A DNA stretch of 51,606 nucleotides, counting the filler, from Dirinaria sp. TL-2023a (lineage: Eukaryota): assembly GCA_051941275.1 (NCBI GenBank). It is 3 parts of 3 records of this genome, joined end to end, with 100 filler letters (N's around TTAATTAATTAA, not from the genome) between each part and the next. Parts side by side here need not be neighbours in the genome. Positions count along the whole stretch, not along the records: positions 17,255 to 34,381 come from JAVEBF010000451.1; positions 34,482 to 51,606 come from JAVEBF010000452.1; 1 more part is not named here. One strand, written 5' to 3'. A program made the position numbers and the translations under genes. How positions within the stretch are numbered: position 1 is the first letter of the stretch; each line of letters opens with the position of its first letter. Shown here piece after piece: positions 25,233 through 36,365 of this stretch. Under the pieces are notes generated by a model. That model made no database searches. It had not been told where the DNA came from and saw only the letters and a list, made by a program, of their open reading frames with translations.

Positions 25233-27572
25233 CTTTCGAATGGCACACAAACGCAAATCGTTTTTAATCTACATCCACTGAAAAAACACCTCTGCACGCG
25301 ACGAGCACGAGCATGCGAGTCAGATTCCCTTGTCAGCATGGTACTCCATGTTCCTGACCTCCACAAAACGGTTCAAAATCGAACTAAGACATTCCCTAGC
25401 CATATCAGACACCACGAATCCCAAAACAAAAGAGAAAAAAAAGAAGAAAAAAAAGAAGAAAAAAAAAAAAAAAAAAAAAAGCTAGAGTCTATCCAGGGTC
25501 TCAGGGATGAAAAGATCTAACACAGAAACTTTCTGAATATTCAATGTTCTTGGCGCAGCCCATGAAACATCTCCTCCAAATTTCGTAGTGGTTTTCTATA
25601 CCATCTTCGTTTCCTACGGATGAAAAGGGGTACCAAAAAAAAAGAGTACCCTGAAAAGGGGCCAACTTAGGTAGCCTAAGGATACTGGAAACCTTTCCTT
25701 TCGTATAGAGCGACCCAATCTATTAAAATACATTGTTATTACAGATATAAGGCACGTGCAGGTTCTGAATTTTCTTCATGGGGTACAGTATGTAAGTACG
25801 ATAAGGTGGTTTTAGGGGCTAATGTCTTGATTAGGGTTTATACGCGTCACATGATATTTCACTCGGTCTTAAGACAGGTGAGCACAGAAAGTCCTGGCTC
25901 ATATTTCATAAGACATAGGTAGGGTCGAATACACGCAACCCCATCCATCCCCTTCTCTCCCTCTTTGCTCTCGCATATTCATCATCCTCCTAAATCCTCG
26001 CAAGTCCAAGTACATCAGTACTGTAAATCTCTCTTCAAAAAATCTCATCGAAAAAAAAAAAGGGGTGTAAACCAAAAAAGGAAAAAAAGAAAAGAAAAAT
26101 CAAAATTTCCGGGAACTTAGGGGGAATCTATAACTATCGATCCGCAGATACGATACTCCCGTTGCATTTGCAAAACTGTGAGAGCTTATCCGGCGTGATC
26201 AGTACTCGTACCTCGCTGGACTGTCCCGTTGCACGCCATGGGGGTCGTGCGGTGCGGTGACAGTTGCGCGCCGGGGGTCTTATTAAAGTACATATCCATA
26301 TGTTCCTAGAAATGATATTTCTTGCAGGGGGGGAGCTTCATTAAAGTACTCACTCTCATCGCCAAGGATAAGGCACTTTTACGTACCCTAATTTTTTTTT
26401 CCCCAGATGGTTTATAAAGTGCGTATAGGAAGGAGATATACAACAGCCTGTACAAATCATTTTTGATCTATCTGCTTACCGTACTGAATGTACCGTATCT
26501 TAACTCTCTCTCCACACATGGACAAGACAAGACAAAAAGATCCTGCAAGTCTCTCGACAAAATTATTTATATCAATATCTTCTAGCTGAGTATTTTTACT
26601 CTCAATTTTATCGCTACGGGCAAACTTTCCCCTTTTCCTTCCTCTACCCTTGCCCATCTACAATGCATCATCCTCCCGCCCGCTCCCTCCCAACTCTCTC
26701 TTGCACGAAAAACGAACGTCCTTCCTCCTTCCCCTTCCTAACTTGATTTTATTCTACCTCATTTGCTATCCTTCGATCTATTTGAGTTCTGCCAATATGA
26801 AACCCTATTTATACCCTCAGCACTCATAACATGGCGTGCAGGTTCGCGATAAAGAAAATCAAGTTCATGCTTCCTATTCTCTGAGATTTTACTGGGCTGA
26901 TGATGGCGGACGGGGTATACTGCTGCATGGACTTTTCTTTTTTTTTTGAAAAAAAGGGGGTAGAAAACGAGGAAAGATAAGATGGTTTCACGATCTCGAG
27001 AAACCTCCTCGATATTATTAGCGGTAGGAACTAACTTCTTGAAAGCCAAGAGCAATTTACTCAGCTGCTACCTTTGACAATCCACATATCTATGCGGGTA
27101 ACCAGCCAAGCAAAGCCAAACCATGTTAACATTTTCGCCGAAATATCCAGCAGACAATCTTTTGACCCCCAAACCAGTCGGTACCAAATCTCAACAAAGC
27201 TCCTTTCGTAAGGTATAAGCTGACAATGCCTTTGTCCCTCTTAACCTCGACCTACCTTTGTTGCACTGCCTTTATGGATTCAAACTCGTCGTGCTTTAGC
27301 AGTGCGAACAAAGCCTATTGTTCTCATACTCCATCTCCACCGTATCACGAAGCAGCCATGACACCTTCTTGCTCACTCACTCACTCGCTCACATGCTGTA
27401 CTTGTACGAGTACCGAACCTCTCGCGAATTGTCTCACTCTTATATACCTAACTCCTCTGCGAACGCCCAATCCTGCAGTCGGTAGCGAAACCTTCCTTTC
27501 GTACTTTTACCCCGTAAGTAAATACTAGATAAAAAAAGGGCAAACCAACCCCCATCCAAGAAGGAAGGGGGA

Positions 27573-27878
27573 ATGTGCTACCAAGAAACAATGCTGCACA
27601 ACTGTACGCACACCTTACGCATACTCGACCGGATCCCCTGCGCGCAGCATAGCTACACGAAAGGTGTCGAATGCGAAGGCTTTATCGGGTACGTCGAGAC
27701 GGTAGCGTGGCCGTGTGCGGATTGTGAGCGTGCGAGCAAGCAGAGGGAGGATAGTGATGTGGAAGGGCGCGGGTGCTGGCGCGAGAATGGTGCTGCCGTG
27801 GTCTCGGCGCTGCATCCGTCCAAACGATGGATTTGGAGCGTGAGGAGAGGAGGGAGGCTGGATTTAGGGGTTAGTTGA
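27573..27878 (+). CDS. Small Cys-rich hypothetical protein (MCx8CxH...C...C...CxxC), 101 aa
   Basis: ATG-initiated MCYQETMLHNCTH..IPC..VEC..PCADC matches a pattern common in small uncharacterised fungal proteins. A TATA-like TATATA lies about 130 nt upstream. Confidence 0.55.
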   Translation: MCYQETMLHNCTHTLRILDRIPCAQHSYTKGVECEGFIGYVETVAWPCADCERASKQREDSDVEGRGCWRENGAAVVSALHPSKRWIWSVRRGGRLDLGVS

Positions 27879-28648
27879 GGAGAGATTGAAGTCAGTCAGG
27901 ACAACATTCCTCAGAACTATATTTGCGCACGAAAAATAAATCCCTGGTCAAAGCAGTTGCATATATCAAGGGCCCTCATAAGAGAATATGGTCTCCTCCC
28001 AACCTTCGCATTTCACAAAAGACAGTTCAATCTCCATGGATTCGCCTCGCCTCGCGCAAAAGCAGCGCGGTACTCACTGTGCAATTCAGTAATCAAAGAA
28101 AGGAACTGTGTATAGAGAAATGGGATTCTCACGAGAGACAAAGGAAGGAGGAGATAGAGAGAAAAACTGTAAGCATCCTTGCTACTTACCAATATGGACA
28201 CAACTCGTTTGTGATTCCGCTGCAAAGGAGTCCAGTTTCAAACAAGATAAAGGGGCACATACACAGCGACATACGTCAACAATGGAACAATGTGGCTTGT
28301 GAGGCTTCGAGAAGAACAATGCCCTTTGTTAGACAATGTACATGTCGAACTTAAACAATTCTTATATCAATTCCGTTGCGAGCTCGATCACCGGCTGGTC
28401 TTGTGGTCTTCGTCGCTCTTCAAAGGAAAATCCCTCCATCGGCTTCTGCGAAAGTCTCTCTATCTTCCGGTTTTCAGCCCGCCTTCGTTGACGTAGGCTT
28501 TGGTATCTGAAGAGAGGAAAGAGGCATCGTAGGTCGAACTGCGTCTCATTTGGTGCGCAAGAGTATATCCCACCAGCTCAGTGCTAGTGCCAGAAGCGTA
28601 TTCCGCTACGCTTCCAGCAAGCCCACAAACCTCGGCAGAAGAGTCGCC

Positions 28649-29011
28649 ATGCCCCACAAAGCAGCAGAACGCAAAGCTGCTCCTGCCGCGAAAGAGAGAG
28701 GGCATCCAAAAGCAAAACCCGATGTGGAGGTCGAAGATACACCATCGACGCATGGTATCGCTTCGGCACCAGCGCCGCTGGTTTTGAAGCAGACCACCGT
28801 CTTCGCATCGTTGACTGGTAGTCCGGTCTCTGCCATCGAAGCTCTGAAGGCTGTCGCTGGCGATAAGACTGCTGAAAGAGATTGGGCCGAACCGGAACAT
28901 GCTCGGGACTCCGACGTAAAGCAAGCGGGAGGACAGAAGCACAATCGGGATGGGGAGAAAGACCCAAAGCTGATTACTATCATGGAGACAATCCATGAAG
29001 TAGAAGAGTAA
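28649..29011 (+). CDS. Orphan hypothetical protein, ~120 aa, hydrophilic
   Basis: ATG in good context (GCCATG) and protein-like composition; no recognisable domain. Confidence 0.3.
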   Translation: MPHKAAERKAAPAAKERGHPKAKPDVEVEDTPSTHGIASAPAPLVLKQTTVFASLTGSPVSAIEALKAVAGDKTAERDWAEPEHARDSDVKQAGGQKHNRDGEKDPKLITIMETIHEVEE

Positions 29012-30725
29012 GTCTTGGCGCATCATCGTAGATAATGAGAGTGTACCATATACTTACTAAAATTGTGGCTGTAAGCCAATCGTTCCCTCCCATCTTACGA
29101 ATGATTATAGTTCTGACACAAAGCCTTCAAATGACGGTCATGCCGCGATAGCAATGTCGGTGCACCATATAGCGAGGATTTGAGGACCACAATGCTGATT
29201 GTTCATACCCATCTTTTTGACGAGGGAGGAGTAGAAACTGGCAAAGCGACCCTTGCTCTTGCTCGGCAGGAAATGCTACAGATAAAAATAGACGGAGTAC
29301 TTAAATTTTCAAGTCAACGAAGACTTATTTTGTTGAGAGCTTGTGCGACAATTACTGAGCCGCCATTGGGCAAAATCATGAAACAAGAATACAGATCTAG
29401 TGTAGCGCTAAGACCATGCTGTCTACATTAGTCTATGTTGCAGAATAGACGTAGCTGTCTATCCTGAAGGTTTCGTGAAGCTCGGCCATCTGATTCATCT
29501 CGCAATTGCCCGACGAGCTTTCAAAGTCGATTGCTGATACTATGCATGGAGGAAACATGCTAGCTTAGATCTGGGACATTTGTGATCATGTATTACTATG
29601 CGTAGAAATAGATGATCTAGAAGCTCAAGAAGAGCACGAAAGGAATAAGAACTGATCACGCAACATACTGGACTGAGTCTCAAGTTGCCTGGCTACGCAA
29701 GGTCAGTCTATATTGACAAAAAGTTGAAGCCATATGTCACATGCTGACAAGATATAAGAATGCAGCGACCCTTCCAGAGGTGGGAGAATCCAAATTTTAG
29801 GATCGGAGCTGCAGGGTGTAGCAAGATGCAGGGTTAAAGTAAGCGCACTCCGTACCTTAGGTACTCAGAAATAAGGTAGGTCAGTACTCGCACGGTATAG
29901 CGTCAATTTCATACTGACAATGTGTCAAGCCCATCTGGGGTTTTGGTCGTGTGTGTCGGATTCAGACGTGTAATCGATTCCGGGAATCAGCAATCAGGAA
30001 TCTTTACTCAAGATGTACAGCCGATAGACCTCTACCATCCCTTCGGTCGTTCGCTAGCACCAACCCTCTGCTGAGATTAAGCAGACTCGACATGTCGCCA
30101 GCTATATGTGACCAACCAAATACACCGCTCGTAAGGCTTCGAGCGTTGGCTGCTTCCACTTTTTTGCAAATGTCATGGAAAAAGGTACACCTGATCACAT
30201 GATACCGTTCATACACTGCATGCAATTGCATTTTTGTCTCAAAGCGGCGAGACTCTCTTCAAGCAATCAAAAGCCATACGATCTGTTGGCGTCCCTCGTG
30301 ACACTGATGGCTTTGCATCAAGTATGACTGATGTGCGGCATGCTTGAGATTGTGACTTTTCGCCCTGATTCCCCAGCTGTGTCCTAGTTGATCTGATTCT
30401 CGCTTCTTCAAGAACGCATAGCGCTATGAGAATAACATACTGCGTCGGCTAACGGGAGTCAGTCTCAATCAAGCCGGCGCCTGTTGGCCAGAAAGAAGTG
30501 GACCGTGCAGGAAGGCCTGTCATGCCACACACAACACTTGCGAAACCATTTCTTGTCTTGGACAAGATGTCTAGGTGTCAGATTTGGGAGGTGACTTGGG
30601 ACTTTTGTATGAGTATTGGTGCTCAATTGATTGATTGATTACTTCATTAGGCACTCGAAGCTCGTCCTCAATCTGGACTAGCTATGCGGCCATCAAAACA
30701 ACCTATCTAGGTACAATTTCTGTAT

Positions 30726-31322
30726 TTAATGACGATGTACTAATGAGTGGCTTCCTTCGCACAATCATCTCGGTCTTCTAATTGACGTCTTCTCTGTCAC
30801 TTCAGAGAGCGTTTCGGTACTCGTGATTCATTCTGTGTAAACAAGTAAAGAAACAACCTCTAGAACTGAAGCTTTTCCTCGGTCTATTAACATCTTTGTA
30901 TTCGTAATATCGAGGTCTTCATCTCTTAAATCGTAGTACTCGTGACGTGTTGAATATCGAGGAGAACTTGCTAGCAGTCTACAAAACATAGTACTGTAGC
31001 TGATGAAGAATGACGAATCGAAGAGGATGTTCTCGACAGTAACAGTATCGATGTCGCTGAAGACGAAGTCGCGTGAAACAAATCGAATTCTTTTTATCTT
31101 CCCTTTTGATTTCGTGTCAACGTAAAAACGTCAATCACGCAGAACAATCGACGTTGACGACGCGAATTTCGAGTTCAGACGCGTGTAACAGATCAGATCA
31201 CAGTTGTCATCACGACGACACACTGCTCTCACTATGCTCTCATCGTCAACAAAAGAAGGATACTTGGCTCTATTGACATTGCAATAGGTTCGTAGTCGGC
31301 ATCACGTACAGGTGATCCTCAT
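30726..31322 (-). pseudogene. Decayed 198-codon ORF interrupted only by four TGA codons (RIP-like)
   Basis: ATG at 31322, in-frame TGA at 31304, 31133, 30830 and 30767, ending at TAA 30728-30726. No TGG codon occurs in the frame and GG/CC dinucleotides are scarce. Confidence 0.6.
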
Positions 31323-31707
31323 CGCCGGCCTATTGGTGCTCAATTGCCTAAAACTAAAGGAGGAACTTTTGTGGGCGGTAAATACCTGCTCGAAGTCTGC
31401 TGACTAATTTACGGTCTAACCGCTTTCGTCAAACCATCTTGGCATTTTGTTAGTGGCGATGAGGTTTTCTCAGTCTTACAGGGATTTATTAGATCTTACA
31501 AGGTATACGAAAGTTTGAAAAGTACCGGAGGCTAGCAAAAGTCATGGAGCAAGCAACCACTGTCAATACGTGAAATCGTCAAATCGTGCTTCTGGATTGA
31601 CATTCCCAGTATGGGTTCTGACTTCTTGGAATCGATCTCTTGATGTTTTAAGTCTTCGTTCAAAGTGCATCCCTATGTGCTTTGTATGCAGCATTAAGAC
31701 CCTGTTC

Positions 31708-32445
31708 TCATTCCGCAAGCTCCTTGCTACCCTCTTTACCTGATTTCGCCTCCTTCTTCCTCTCTAACTCCGCGAGTGCCTCTTTGGCTTTTTCTAAAGC
31801 TTTACCAAGCTTCCGCTGCTCGGTAGATATGGTACGACTTGCTATTGCTTTATCATATTTCCTCGCAAGCGCAGCTTTGGATCCCGGCTCTGGAGAAGGT
31901 CCAGCTGGAAGCATCATTTGATCGACGCGTTTTCGTAAGCTGGCTGTCGTGCTGACTGTCTGAGGAATGACCGAACCCCTACCGAGCTCGCGCAGCTGAG
32001 TTTCCTGTGAAAAGAGTCAGTGCGATGGTATGGCGAGTATCCATGTGTTGTACTTCCCTTTCGATCGGATTCTGCCTCAGCAGGCTCATTGACAAGAGTC
32101 TCCTTACGACACGTTGGACACATATCGTGATCGTCGGCGTACCCTTCGTCCATCAAAGCTAGGTCAAAACGCTGACAATGCTTGCAGGGGATCTTGAGGG
32201 TAATGGTGTCGATGGGCTTTGAGCTAGGCTTGGGTTTTAGTTTGGCGAGGATCTCATCAATGCCTCCGCCCTGAACAGCTGTCATGGAAGTTAGCTTTGC
32301 TTCGAGTATTTTGGAACACGCTTTACTGACTTTGAAGAGGAGCTGGCGCTTTCTCAGGTGCCGGCGGGACTTCGACATTCTTAGGCCCAAGACGTCGCAG
32401 AATTTCATCGACCTTGCCTGGCGTGAAGCTTGATTCAGCAGCCAT
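31708..32445 (-). CDS. Orphan spliced gene or young pseudogene with CxxC..CxxC motif and C-terminal coiled coil (exons 32445-32331, 32278-32058, 32004-31708), ~210 aa
   Basis: Intron 1 (GTCAGT..GCTAAC..CAG, 52 nt) joins VDEILRRLGPK to IDEILAKLKPK..CKHC..CPTC. Intron 2 (53 nt) has an ACTGAC..CAG end but its donor reads GGAAGT. Confidence 0.5.
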
Positions 32446-32703
32446 GATTACGACTTTAGGTAAGCGAAGCGAGCTGCGAAAACGTTGGAGGAAGTGATGA
32501 AGATCTCTGGATTGGACTTCTAGCACTCAAAGTTTTGTGTAGAGGAGACAAAACCGCTGTTACCGTCACTTGTTCAAGGCTTCGGAAAAGAGTGACGGAC
32601 GGGTGAAGGTCTGTGGCGCGTAAGTCGTGTTCTTCACCTTGCGTGTCATACATCACAGGATGCAAGCACCTCACTTTGCGCAACGAGGATTCTCTTCTTC
32701 ATG

Positions 32704-33140
32704 ACCACAGAGCAGGCTGCAGTACGTGATGAAAAAAAAAGTGTGACGCCGAAGGCATCTAGGAGTTCCAAAAATTTGTTTCGTACCCACATCCCACAAT
32801 CTGAAAGCGAAAGGGGTGATAGATACTTGGTGCCGAAAGACACCGGTACCACAGAGCAAGCTGCAGTACGCGATTAAAAAAAAATTTGTGACGCCAAAAG
32901 CGTCTAGAAGTTCCAAAAATTTGTTTCGTACCCACAACCCACGATCTAAAAGCGAAAGGGGTAGTGAGTACTTACCTAGTGTCCAAAGACACTGGTACCA
33001 CAGAGCAAGCTGCAGTACGTGATAAACAAAAAGTTGTGACGCTAAAAGCATCTAAAAGTTCCAAAAATTTGTTTCGTATCCACAACCCACGATCTGAAAA
33101 CGAAAGAGGTAGTGGATACTTGGTGCCGAAAGACACTGGT
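32704..33140 (+). repeat. Three tandem ~144-nt units (32704-32847, 32848-32996, 32997-33140)
   Basis: Each unit starts ACCACAGAGCARGCTGCAGTACG and contains GTTCCAAAAATTTGTTTCGTA. Lengths are 144, 149 and 144 nt. Confidence 0.95.
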
Positions 33141-33235
33141 ACAGCGTTGCTATAGTTGAAGCCTCAGAAGCCCACTAAAACCCACAGATCCCATGTTGAG
33201 ATTGCCCACGAATCTTCAGCCCCAGCAGCTGAGTT

Positions 33236-33536
33236 GAGCCCCCAGCAACCACGAGCCCCCAAGGCCTGCGATCCCCCAGTGTCTGCGATCCCTCAGTACC
33301 CGCGATCCACCTCTTCCCAGCCCGCGGACTCGTAAGTACACCGAACCAGCCCTGCCTCTAGCATAACATGAGCCCCCAGAACCCACGAACCACCTCCTCT
33401 CAGCCCGCTGACCCGTAGGTAACTTTCCGAACCGGCCCTGCATCTGGCATAACATGATCCCCCAGAACCCACAACCCACCTCTTCTGGGTCCGGAGGCCC
33501 GCAGGCACACCGAACCAACCCTGCTTCTAGCATAAC
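33236..33536 (+). repeat. Nested minisatellite: 17-nt units (33236-33303) running into three ~83-nt units (starts 33287, 33370, 33456)
   Basis: GAKCCCYCA recurs with a 17-nt period. The long units share CCGAACC..CCCTGC..CTRGCATAAC. Confidence 0.85.
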
Positions 33537-34381
33537 AAAAAAAAAAGTAAAAAGCCAAAGAAGAGGAGAACTACAAGAAAGCAAACTACAAACACACAAG
33601 GGAAGAAAAAAAAAAAAGAAAGGAAAGAAGGTGAAGGGTGGGTGAGAAGGTATTTGTACCCCTGGCACGCGACCTGTGATAAGCGAAGGGAGCTAAACCC
33701 GATTGGAGGTGTTTGCCCTATTAGCCGAGATTTTGGGGTGGTACAAAACGGGGTCGGGTGGGTCAACAACACTTTTCTTTCATGTGACACATCCTTTAGC
33801 GGCATAATTGAACACCCGAACTGATTATTCTACTCTAGAGAGTTTCACCTAGGTATGCACGGCTACACAATAACACGCAAAATTCTGTGGTGCGAGTACC
33901 TTAAGTATACCTGCACCGAATACTCGACGGCCTCTTTTACACCTCAAGAAAAAAAAGTCATGCCTTGCCATACGAGCTCAGCCTTCCGCCCTCATTTATC
34001 TCATTTAACTCTCTCTCCCCTAGTACTTTCCCCAAACCCCTACAAAGATCCAATCTGAATACTCTCATAAGATTCCCGAAAATAATCGATCATGAAAATG
34101 TAGATACCTTACTACTTACTCGAAGAGCAAAGTCAGGAAACAAATTGTGTAGGAATTTTCGTAATTTTAGGTACAGCGAACCTATGCTAGGCAAGGTAAG
34201 GTATGTAAGGTGGATTTTTGATGATGTTTCTGTACTCGTACTGGAAGATGATTACCTAAGGCCATTGCATACTTGAATCGATAGATAGGTAGCTACACGA
34301 CGAGCGGAAAATGAGTCCAAGAAAAAAAAAAAATCAGAATATACCATTCTTGCCCTGCCTGCTATATGCAAAACGTTCAAC

Positions 34382-34481
34382 NNNNNNNNNNNNNNNNNNN
34401 NNNNNNNNNNNNNNNNNNNNNNNNNTTAATTAATTAANNNNNNNNNNNNNNNNNNNNNNNNNNNNNNNNNNNNNNNNNNNN
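34382..34481. other. Assembly gap with artificial spacer
   Basis: 44 N + TTAATTAATTAA + 44 N. Confidence 0.97.
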
Positions 34482-34515
34482 TCAGTAGGGTCAGTAGGGT
34501 CAGTAGGGTCAGTAG
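34482..34515 (+). repeat. (TCAGTAGGG)n tandem repeat at contig edge
   Basis: Three full 9-nt units and one partial unit immediately after the gap. Confidence 0.9.
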
Positions 34516-36321
34516 CCGATGTCATACAGGATCCACGTTGTGAAAGTTCCATCTGGTGCCATCTTGGCTTTTAGTGCGTGACGGCTGCTCGGGATTCCGG
34601 CTGCAGCTGCTCGCTTAGCCAGATCGGGTCAAGGCAAGCTGGCCGACAGCATTGGAACTGTTCGAGTGCCTGGCAGTCATCCCGGGGAAACGGGTCAGGG
34701 CCAAGGAGAGTTTAGGCCGTCGCTCTCCTTCGCCAAGCCATCTTTTGCCCGGCGGGACTGCATCCCGACACGGCGGCGAAAAAAAAAAAAAAAACTAAAG
34801 TAAGGTAAGGTAGAATAATGCACGCACATGCAAATGGTTGCTGGAAAAGGGGATGAAACAAAACCTCCGAATGGGAACTCCTGCATTCTCCATTGTTCGT
34901 AGTCTTCTCCTAGACCGCCTTACAAGGTTGCCCTTCGACCGCAATCTTTGGTTCGCTTCAAAACAGCACAGCGGACCACCTTACGTATGCGGCCAATTGG
35001 AGCTACAGTGCATGGACATACCGGAGAATTGATTACTCTCGGCGTCGCCGTGCGCCTCGACGAGTGCGGTGAGCAAAATCCGGATGACTTCGTATCAGCT
35101 AGCCCGCTTACCTTATGTGCACGATCCATTAAACAGCGACTGGCCGCATGATCAAATGGCGGTGAGCGGGATGGCGATGGTGAGCTCCTAAAGCACATGA
35201 TCCTATGGTCAGAGTCCATTCCAAGTACTCTGTTCTGACGCTCTAGATTTGTGCTCCGGAAGGAGTAATAATATAAAGTAGGCTGGGCGCATCGATGGAG
35301 CTGCCACGACAAGGCAATTGTACACTAAGTCGAAATTGAGACGCCAAGCACTTCCATTTCCTGGCCTGGTGCAAACGGGAAAGTGCGACTTCTCATAGCA
35401 AAAGCAAGGTTTTGGCGGGGCTAGAGAGGTCAGAGCCGCATTCGAAGCGTGGGCTGAGGGATTCAGTTTAACAGGCTGGACTACCTCGTTCGACTGTTAG
35501 GTAGGCATATTTGGTTTGTCGGTCGGAGACGGGGTAGTATTAGTCCTGACGATGCGATAAACTCATGGATGGGATGATCCCTGACAAGAGATCAACGTGG
35601 CATACCTTGGGTAGCGCCGGCGCCCGCAGATGAAGGGTTTCTCCTGGGTCGTTAGGCGAATGCAGATGCCACGCGATCGATCCCATGCGCATGGCAAGGA
35701 TTCTGTCTGGCAGCAGCGAATGAGCGGGCTAACAGGCTTCCTTGAAAGGTGGAATTGTGGGAAGAACCCGAGATCTGCCCTCCTCCTTCGATCATGTGAT
35801 GACACGCCTCCTACGAGCCCTACCTGACGGAGTACCGGTAGGTGGGATCGTTAGCTTAGTCATGCAGCGCCTCAGCTCATGGTTCTGACATGTACAGTAT
35901 CTTGGATGTTGCACGGAATAGCCTTTCATCGTACATTGAATTTCGGGCATTCCACAATACCATCGAGATCCTGCTCCTACGCAAAGTTTATGTAGACGTC
36001 CGTGCATCGAGCCTGAAGTCGCAGCCCGGCGACCTGCAGCGATGCCAGAATGCGAGGTAAATCTCTGCTCTGGCTCTTGACGATGCCGTTTGAGGTCATT
36101 GCAGTGCACGGCCGGAATGCCTTTGACAACGCACTATCGAATGTTGCGTTTGTATCCGTCTGTCACGGTCGATATCATCATAATGTTGCCTCACTTCTTT
36201 CGAGCGATGTACGGTGCAATTATGATTTGGCACTTTGGCACTTAGTTTCCGATCTAGACACAGTGTCTTCGATAATTTGATGACATACAGGAGGAGCGAA
36301 GGACATGGTAATGGCCCCAAG

Positions 36322-36360
<39 letters not shown>
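36322..36360 (+). repeat. Poly(A) tract, 39 nt
   Basis: Uninterrupted A run. Confidence 0.95.

Positions 36361-36365
<5 letters not shown>

Noticed and set aside
32704..33536. Regular repeats as a possible CRISPR-like array
   Set aside because: Units are similar along their whole length with no unique spacers, there are no cas genes, and the context is eukaryotic.
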